Shown here one piece after another: positions 7,776-14,104 of a DNA stretch of 16,415 nucleotides (position 1 is the stretch's first letter; every line of letters begins with the position of its first letter). Source of the stretch: a candidate division WOR-3 bacterium (GTDB taxonomy: Bacteria > Hydrothermota > Tepidihabitantia > SM23-42 > JAOAFX01). Below the pieces are notes generated by a model. The model did no database searches. It was not told where the DNA came from and saw nothing but the letters and a program-made list of their open reading frames with translations. The stretch lies in contig JBDRWI010000049.1 in assembly GCA_039802265.1 (NCBI GenBank), positions 1 to 16,415 on the forward strand. The letters are read 5' to 3'. The translations under genes and the position numbers were made by a program.

Positions 7776-9206
7776 ATGAAAAGTATTAGCATATATCTTT
7801 TGGTATCGATTTTATGCATTACTGGCGGATATGCAATTTCCAATAGAGCGGGTGAAGCATTGGTATCGCCGTTTGAGATTTCAATTACTGCTCGGCAAAC
7901 AGGTGTCGGCGAAGCGTTCACGGCTTATTACGACTGTAACTCTTTTCTCTACAACCCGGCAAGTTTGGCGATGCTTGAATACGAGTTTATTTCTGCAACC
8001 CATAATCGTTGGATTGTGGGTTCATCGCAGTCGTATTTAGGAGCGGGGCTACCTTTTAACTGGGGATTTCTCTCGTTAGGTTTAATCTATTTTAAACAAG
8101 GTGAAATCGACCTTTACAATAACTGGGTCAATCAACTTGAGCGTAAATCAGTTTATGACCTTGGCTGTATTTTTGGCTATGGTGGCAACTTTCATCGTTA
8201 TCTTTCAGCTGGTATCAACGCCAAAGTGTTATATCATGATTGGGCAGACTATACGATGGCTGGTTTTGCGTTTGATGTCGGTGCTATTTGCCCCAATGTC
8301 AAATTGCCTTATGATATCGGCAACCTTAATGCTGGTCTTGTTATCCAAAATATCGGACCAAAAGAACGGTTAAGGTATGTCGGTTTTAATCAACCGTTAA
8401 CCCCAAAACTGGGCATCGCGGTTGAGTTTCCAGAAGTATCAATCTTTAACTTTAACTTTTTAGCTGATGCGTCGTATCCGATATATGATGCAAACTTCCG
8501 CGCTAATTTTGGACTTGAAATTTGGGCCTGGAAACAACTGGCATTACGAGCTGGCTATCGACTTGGTTATGATATTAGCAAAGCAAATCTAACTTTTGGT
8601 GCTGGGTTAAAATATAAGTCATTCAATTTTGACTATGGGTTGGTTGATTATGATTATGTTGGTTTAACTCATCGATTTACCGTGTGTATGCGTTTAAATG
8701 AAATGAAACCGGTTGGACCATTTAGAGTGCTTGATAGAAAAATTGATGGTTTAACAGATAAAGTTGATGCCCTTAAAGGAGACGTTACTGATTTAAAATT
8801 ATCGGTTGACCAAGTTAAAGATTTAATAAAGACATCATTAAAGACCGCGGTTGATTTATTCTACATTCGCCATTTCCTAAATGTCCATTTCCCGTTTGAC
8901 TCTTATGAAATTACCAAGTCAGAATATTGGAAAATTGATGAGGCGGTTCGATTAATTAAAACTTATTATGCTGACCAGGTGATTATTCTTGAAGGACATA
9001 CCGATGTTGCCGGCAGCGATCCTTACAATCAGGTTTTGTCAGAACGACGAGCACAAGCAGTCAAGGATTATATGGTCAGCAAAGGTATTCCGGCTGAGCG
9101 AATTGAAATTCGAGCCAAGGGTGAGACTGAGCCGATAAATTATGAGACCGGACCGGGCGTTCGCGGAAGGGAAAATAGGAGAGTTGTATTTGTGGTATCT
9201 GAGTAA
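7776..9206 (+). CDS. PorV/PorQ-family outer-membrane beta-barrel fused to a coiled coil and an OmpA-like peptidoglycan-binding domain (476 aa)
   Basis: Signal peptide MKSISIYLLVSILCITGGYA. ARQTGVGEAF...YNPASLA matches the FadL-like/PorV/UPF0164 N-terminal motif; amphipathic strands (FAFDVG, QNIG, LALRAGY, FDYG, THRF). Heptad region 8724-8843. OmpA-C motifs HFPFDS, EGHTD...YNQVLSERRAQAV, GETEP, NRRV at 8880-9203. Confidence 0.85.
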   Translation: MKSISIYLLVSILCITGGYAISNRAGEALVSPFEISITARQTGVGEAFTAYYDCNSFLYNPASLAMLEYEFISATHNRWIVGSSQSYLGAGLPFNWGFLSLGLIYFKQGEIDLYNNWVNQLERKSVYDLGCIFGYGGNFHRYLSAGINAKVLYHDWADYTMAGFAFDVGAICPNVKLPYDIGNLNAGLVIQNIGPKERLRYVGFNQPLTPKLGIAVEFPEVSIFNFNFLADASYPIYDANFRANFGLEIWAWKQLALRAGYRLGYDISKANLTFGAGLKYKSFNFDYGLVDYDYVGLTHRFTVCMRLNEMKPVGPFRVLDRKIDGLTDKVDALKGDVTDLKLSVDQVKDLIKTSLKTAVDLFYIRHFLNVHFPFDSYEITKSEYWKIDEAVRLIKTYYADQVIILEGHTDVAGSDPYNQVLSERRAQAVKDYMVSKGIPAERIEIRAKGETEPINYETGPGVRGRENRRVVFVVSE

Positions 9207-9250
9207 TAAATAATAAATCAATGCTTAATATAATAAATAATAAAAAATAA
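9204..9250 (+). repeat. AT-rich tract with a 14-bp direct repeat TAATAAATAATAAA (9204-9217, 9231-9244) and a TATAAT at 9229-9234
   Basis: Read directly from the sequence. No matching -35 box seen. Confidence 0.6.
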
Positions 9251-9260
9251 TCGCAGGGTA

Positions 9261-9332
9261 TGTCTTTGCGAGATGCACGAGATAGTTGGTTTTCGACACC
9301 AACAGCAAATCTGAGGCAATCTCGCAAAGACA
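9261..9332 (+). promoter_or_regulatory. Long 5'-leader stem-loop upstream of gene 3
   Basis: TGTCTTTGCGAGAT (9261-9274) / ATCTCGCAAAGACA (9319-9332) is a perfect 14-bp stem; AGAT/ATCT (9280-9283/9309-9312); GTTGGT/ACCAAC (9285-9290/9298-9303); loop contains TTCG. Confidence 0.8.
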
Positions 9333-9339
9333 AATCCGA

Positions 9340-9345
9340 AAGGAG
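9340..9345 (+). promoter_or_regulatory. Shine-Dalgarno AAGGAG for ATG 9352
   Basis: AAGGAG-ttaact-ATG, 6-nt spacer. Confidence 0.8.
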
Positions 9346-9351
9346 TTAACT

Positions 9352-12300
9352 ATGTGTAATAAAAAATATGTTGCCTTACTTATTCTTGTGGTTTTTGTGC
9401 TACCGCTGGTTGCTGATGTGCTTCTGGATGAAAACTTCGATTTGGTGACTGTTCCTAATATGCCGACAGGCTGGGTAGTGATTGATAACAATAGCGATGG
9501 CAAGACTTGGACAACAACCACTTCTCATCCCCGCTCTATCCCGAATTGTATCAGATATAATTACAGCACATTGAATACGGCTAATGACTGGTTTTATACC
9601 AGTGGTTTGGCGTTACAATCCGGAATAACTTATACCTTGGAGTTTTATTACCGAGGTTCAAATCCGTTCTTTACTGAAAAGTTAAAGGTTTATTATGACA
9701 ATGACCAATCAGTCGGTGGCGGAACACAGATTCTCGATTTACCCAATATCACTAATACCATTTACCAACAGGCATTGGTTGATTTTACCGTGCCAAGTTC
9801 GGGCACTTATTATCTTGGTTTTCAGTGTTATTCAGCGGCTAATCAGTGGAATCTGCGGATTGATGATATTAAGGTCTATAAGCAAGTGCACGATGTTGGT
9901 GTAGATTCCATTCTCGAACCCGACCCGATTACCTATAATGTCTCAACACCAATTACTCCGGAAGTGCGGGTGAGAAATTATGGTCAGAACACCGGTGGCG
10001 AAGTTAATGTCAAGGTTTACGGAATGATTTTGTGGTATGGCAATGATTCTACCCGCACAACAACGCCGACTGTGGTTTACTTTGATTCAGTATTATTGCC
10101 GAGACTTGAAATCTGTTCACCGGAAATTGTGCAGTTTACACCATGGCAACCGATTGCGTGTTATTCACGATTTGTTGCCTGGACTGCGCTGGCTAATGAT
10201 ATTGACCGAAGCAACGATACTTCAAAGGTTGATTTTGCAGTTGACTTCCGCGATGTTGCGGTAAAAAGTATTGTTATTCCCCAAGACACTGTGCTATGGT
10301 GCACCGAATCAATTCCGACCGATACAGTTGTCAATTATGGTCATAGAACCGAATCATTCTGGGTTTTCTTTAAGTCTTTGAATAATCTATCGCAAGTTGA
10401 ATATTTAGATTCGGTTTATATTGTCGATTTGGCAGCTGGTGCGAAGCAAGTGGTTATGTTTAAGCCCTGGCACTTTCCAGTCTGTAATCATACTGCAATT
10501 TCCTGGACTAAATTGAGTGGTGACGAAAATCCGCATAATGATACAGTAGTAAAGCCTTACGTGGTTAAAAAGTATGACTTTGAAGTCATTAGCGTGTATA
10601 ACATTCCAGATACCGCGCAGGTCTGCAACTGGTATATGCCAAAGATGATTATCCATAATAATGGCGCACATACTGGACCACAATCAGCAATTGCCCATAT
10701 GAATATCTATCGTAATAACGTATTAATTAGCCAGTTCACTGCTCCGACCAGGTTATTAAATCCTTGCGAAAATGATACGATTAGTTTTGAATGGCATGCT
10801 GAATCGGCGTGTAGTCATACTATCAAAGCCTGGGTTGAGTTGGCTGGAGACCAGAACCACGCTAATGACACTGTCTGGAAGAATTTTGTCGTGAAATATT
10901 ATGATGCCGAAGTAGTTGCGATTCTCAATGTGCCTGATACGGTCACGGTTTGCAATAATGTGACTGCTAAAGTTGTTGTCCATAATAATGGTGTGCATAT
11001 CGGACCGCAACTGTGCTGGGTGTATTTTAAGCTTTATCGCGGTGTCGATAATGGTGAAATTGACTGGACATTGATTAAACAGGATTCGATGCAAATGACC
11101 TTAACCCCATGTGTCTATGATACTGCGTTCTTTACCTTTCATGCCGATAGTGCCTGCTGGCATAGAATTTTTGCAAAGGTTAAATGTCCACTTGACCAAA
11201 ATCCCCACAATGACTCAATCTACAAAGACTTTGTGATTAGATATTATGACTGGGAATTAATTGGACCAATTACTGGTTTGCCAGATACAATGAAGGTTTG
11301 TAACTTGTATTATCCAACAGTCAATGTCCACAATAATAGCAAACACACCTATCCTGAATCAGCACGGGTCTTTATGAAAGTTTATCGTAATGGGCAGTTG
11401 TTGCCGATGTTTAGTTTTGTTGAGGTCTATTTAGCACCTTGTCAGACCATCCCGGTTCAGTTTGAATGGCATGCTGACTCGGCTTGCACTCACGAATTTG
11501 TGTTCTATGTCGAACCCTATATTGCCGGTCATGATGCTAATCCGAATAACGATACCTTGAAAAAGACAACTGTTGTCCAGTGGTTTGATGTCGGTGTCGT
11601 TTCAATTGGCGGTATTCCAGATACGGTGCAGTACTGCAATGATATTACTCCAACTGTAACGCTTCACAACTACGGCATCCATACCGGCCCAGTCAATTGC
11701 ACACTGAATGTTGTCATTTATCGTAACCAGAATCTGATACCGGTCTTTAGCACGACAATACCAGTAAATGACTTAAGACCTTGCGTTGACAGCGTAATTA
11801 CACTTGACCCATATCATCCTGATACCTGCTTCCACCGAATTGTTGCAACAGTGAATTTTGCGTCTGATCAGAATTCGACTAATAACTCAAAAGAAGACAC
11901 GTTTGTGGTTAGATATTTTGATGTTGAAGCGGTTTCAATTGAAAATCTACCAGACACGGTTGACTACTGCAGCACAATCAATCCGAAGATTGTCGTGCAT
12001 AATAACGGAGTGCATGTGCCATCACAATCGGGGTGGGTGATTTATGAGGTCCAGCGTTCGCACGATATGATTAACTATTATCCAGTATATGTTGACTCGC
12101 AACCGAAGACTCTTGAGTATTGCGTGATGGATACAGTTGAATTCAGCTATCATCCAGATTCGGCTTGCTATCACAAAGTTGTTGCAACGGTCAGATTCAA
12201 TCCTGACCAGAATCCGAGTAATAATATGGTTTCAAAAGACTTTGTCGTGCGCCTGTATGACTTTGAGATTGTAGATGTTATTGGTGTGCCTGATACTATT

Positions 12301-14019
12301 GAACAGTGCAATTACTTTGATGTAAAGGTCAAGATACATAATAATGGCGTCCATACCGGACCGCAACCTTCGACAATCTATCTTCAAGTCTATCGTGAAG
12401 GCATGCCAATCGGAGTACCGCTACAACAATCAATGCCGAACTTAGAACCGTGTGAAATAGATTCGTTCACATTTACTATCCATGCCGAGCAATATTGTAA
12501 TCACACAATTAAAACCTGGGTTTCAGCACCAATTGACCAAAATCCAATAAATGACACAGTATGGAAGAACTATGTTGTATCATATCACGATGTCGGTGTT
12601 GTTGCGATTTCAGTGCCAGATACGATTGATTACTGCACATTTATTTCGCCAGCAATCACGATTCATAATTTTGGTATCCATACTGGCTCTGTAAATGGCG
12701 AGCTTAATGTCACCATCTATCGTCGTTATGGCAGTGAACCAGAAGTTGTTGAAACAACCTATGTGGTCAATGTTGAAAATCTAAGACCATGCGTTGATTC
12801 AATAATTACTTTGATACCATACCATCCTGATACCTGCTTCCACCGAATTGTTGCCACCGTAAACTTTACCCCTGACCAGGTTTCAGCAAATAATACTATG
12901 GAAGATACATTTATCGTTAGATATCGTGATGTTGCAGTCGGTAATATCTGGTTTGACCCAAGTCTACCCGGTGATACGGTAATTACTTGTAACGATGTTA
13001 CGCCCAAGGTTGAGGTTTATAATAATGGTTCTCATGTTGGACCAGTGCCGTGCACTGTTAGAATGCGCATCTGGCGTTATGAAATTAAACTTGATAGCTT
13101 GTGTTCAATCTCGCCAGATACCTTAAAACCAATTGTGCTCTACGATACCTTTGTCGTGGTAGTGCTTAATCCTGGCCTGAATATTGTTGATATGCCGCAA
13201 ATCCACTTCTACTGGTATAATATCTTCTGGGTTGGTGACCATCATCGTGTTGAAGTAACGGTCAGCTCACCTGGCGACCAGAATCCAACCAATAACTACA
13301 ACTGGAAGAAATTCATTGTTAAAGGTTCGAATAATGATTTACAGGTTAGTTATGTCGGCTTACTCAAGAATAGCATCCAGGTTATTCCTGATGGTGAATC
13401 ACTAAAGGTTGGCTATGCCTACAACCCAATTGCCGTTGTGGCTAATACTTCGCCAACCGCTTCGTTTAGAAGTTATTACAAGATTGTTCGCGAACGTGAT
13501 GGAAATATTGTCTTCTCGCGTTACTTAGACAAGACCTTACTACCATGGACATATGCTTGTCTGTATTATCAATCAGGCTGGGTGCCAACTGATACCGGTT
13601 GGTATACTGTGACTTGTTGGCTCGGATTCAGACCAGGTGTTGATGTTAATCCAGTTAATAATTCAATGAGCAAGCGCTACTATGTTAAATCTCCACATGC
13701 AAGTGACAAAGCAATTCAGGCCGAAGAAGTCGCAACACCAAAGGTCTTTGCAATGCATCAGAACTATCCGAACCCATTTAATAATCTAACTCATATCAAA
13801 TGGCAGATTCCAGTTGATGCCCATGTAACACTTTCAGTCTATGATGCTTCTGGTCGAGTTGTGAAGACATTGGTTAATGAGAAACGAGCAGCTGGTTATT
13901 ATAGCACAATCTGGGATTGCACCGATGAGCACAATCGTAAAGTCTCCGCGGGTATCTATTTCTATGAGATGAAGGCGGGCGAATTTAGTCAACGCTATAA
14001 GATGGTAATCACGCGTTAA
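9352..14019 (+). CDS. T9SS type A cargo (1555 aa): cleaved-adhesin/choice-of-anchor-J-like domain, 11 Cys/His-rich CARDB-like repeats, type A CTD
   Basis: Signal peptide MCNKKYVALLILVVFVLPLVA. ENFD...PTGWVVIDNNSDGKTW...NDWFYT...YYLGFQ...IDDIKV (9415-9880) resembles gingipain cleaved-adhesin domains. Repeats read DVxV...NxG...LxP...DxNxxND. CTD FAMHQNYPNPFN...VYDASGRVV...WD...VSAGIYFY...KMVITR at ~13735-14016. Confidence 0.9.
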   Translation: MCNKKYVALLILVVFVLPLVADVLLDENFDLVTVPNMPTGWVVIDNNSDGKTWTTTTSHPRSIPNCIRYNYSTLNTANDWFYTSGLALQSGITYTLEFYYRGSNPFFTEKLKVYYDNDQSVGGGTQILDLPNITNTIYQQALVDFTVPSSGTYYLGFQCYSAANQWNLRIDDIKVYKQVHDVGVDSILEPDPITYNVSTPITPEVRVRNYGQNTGGEVNVKVYGMILWYGNDSTRTTTPTVVYFDSVLLPRLEICSPEIVQFTPWQPIACYSRFVAWTALANDIDRSNDTSKVDFAVDFRDVAVKSIVIPQDTVLWCTESIPTDTVVNYGHRTESFWVFFKSLNNLSQVEYLDSVYIVDLAAGAKQVVMFKPWHFPVCNHTAISWTKLSGDENPHNDTVVKPYVVKKYDFEVISVYNIPDTAQVCNWYMPKMIIHNNGAHTGPQSAIAHMNIYRNNVLISQFTAPTRLLNPCENDTISFEWHAESACSHTIKAWVELAGDQNHANDTVWKNFVVKYYDAEVVAILNVPDTVTVCNNVTAKVVVHNNGVHIGPQLCWVYFKLYRGVDNGEIDWTLIKQDSMQMTLTPCVYDTAFFTFHADSACWHRIFAKVKCPLDQNPHNDSIYKDFVIRYYDWELIGPITGLPDTMKVCNLYYPTVNVHNNSKHTYPESARVFMKVYRNGQLLPMFSFVEVYLAPCQTIPVQFEWHADSACTHEFVFYVEPYIAGHDANPNNDTLKKTTVVQWFDVGVVSIGGIPDTVQYCNDITPTVTLHNYGIHTGPVNCTLNVVIYRNQNLIPVFSTTIPVNDLRPCVDSVITLDPYHPDTCFHRIVATVNFASDQNSTNNSKEDTFVVRYFDVEAVSIENLPDTVDYCSTINPKIVVHNNGVHVPSQSGWVIYEVQRSHDMINYYPVYVDSQPKTLEYCVMDTVEFSYHPDSACYHKVVATVRFNPDQNPSNNMVSKDFVVRLYDFEIVDVIGVPDTIEQCNYFDVKVKIHNNGVHTGPQPSTIYLQVYREGMPIGVPLQQSMPNLEPCEIDSFTFTIHAEQYCNHTIKTWVSAPIDQNPINDTVWKNYVVSYHDVGVVAISVPDTIDYCTFISPAITIHNFGIHTGSVNGELNVTIYRRYGSEPEVVETTYVVNVENLRPCVDSIITLIPYHPDTCFHRIVATVNFTPDQVSANNTMEDTFIVRYRDVAVGNIWFDPSLPGDTVITCNDVTPKVEVYNNGSHVGPVPCTVRMRIWRYEIKLDSLCSISPDTLKPIVLYDTFVVVVLNPGLNIVDMPQIHFYWYNIFWVGDHHRVEVTVSSPGDQNPTNNYNWKKFIVKGSNNDLQVSYVGLLKNSIQVIPDGESLKVGYAYNPIAVVANTSPTASFRSYYKIVRERDGNIVFSRYLDKTLLPWTYACLYYQSGWVPTDTGWYTVTCWLGFRPGVDVNPVNNSMSKRYYVKSPHASDKAIQAEEVATPKVFAMHQNYPNPFNNLTHIKWQIPVDAHVTLSVYDASGRVVKTLVNEKRAAGYYSTIWDCTDEHNRKVSAGIYFYEMKAGEFSQRYKMVITR
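9889..13692 (+). repeat. Eleven tandem ~110-135-aa CARDB-like domains
   Basis: Each begins (H/R/Y/F/N)D-hydrophobic and ends with a DxNxxN(D/N)-like motif plus a final strand; R3-R9 (10573-12924) are the most uniform. Confidence 0.85.
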
Positions 14020-14043
14020 CGAACATTCATTAATCGGCTTTCT

Positions 14044-14086
14044 GGGGCTTGCGCCGAAGAGCAAGCCCCTTTAATTTATGTTTTTT
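14044..14086 (+). terminator. Intrinsic terminator-like hairpin with interrupted U-tract
   Basis: GGGGCTTGC (14044-14052) / GCAAGCCCC (14061-14069), 8-nt loop, then TTTAATTTATGTTTTTT. Confidence 0.65.
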
Positions 14087-14104
14087 ATTACATTTGGAGG
14101 AAAT

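Noticed and set aside
9229..9234. Sigma70 promoter at TATAAT
   Set aside because: No -35 or extended -10, and the hexamer is likely by chance in this AT-rich tract; kept only as a possibility.
9286..9351. 22-aa extension of gene 3 from TTG 9286
   Set aside because: It lies inside the leader hairpin; ATG 9352 has AAGGAG and starts the signal peptide.
10573..12924. Multiheme cytochrome c interpretation of the Cys/His repeats
   Set aside because: No CxxCH motif; the pattern is C-x14-15-C-x-H in an all-beta CARDB-like context.
926..14064. Short alternative-frame and antisense ORFs (60-120 aa)
   Set aside because: They overlap long, well-supported CDSs and show no recognisable motifs; expected shadow ORFs.
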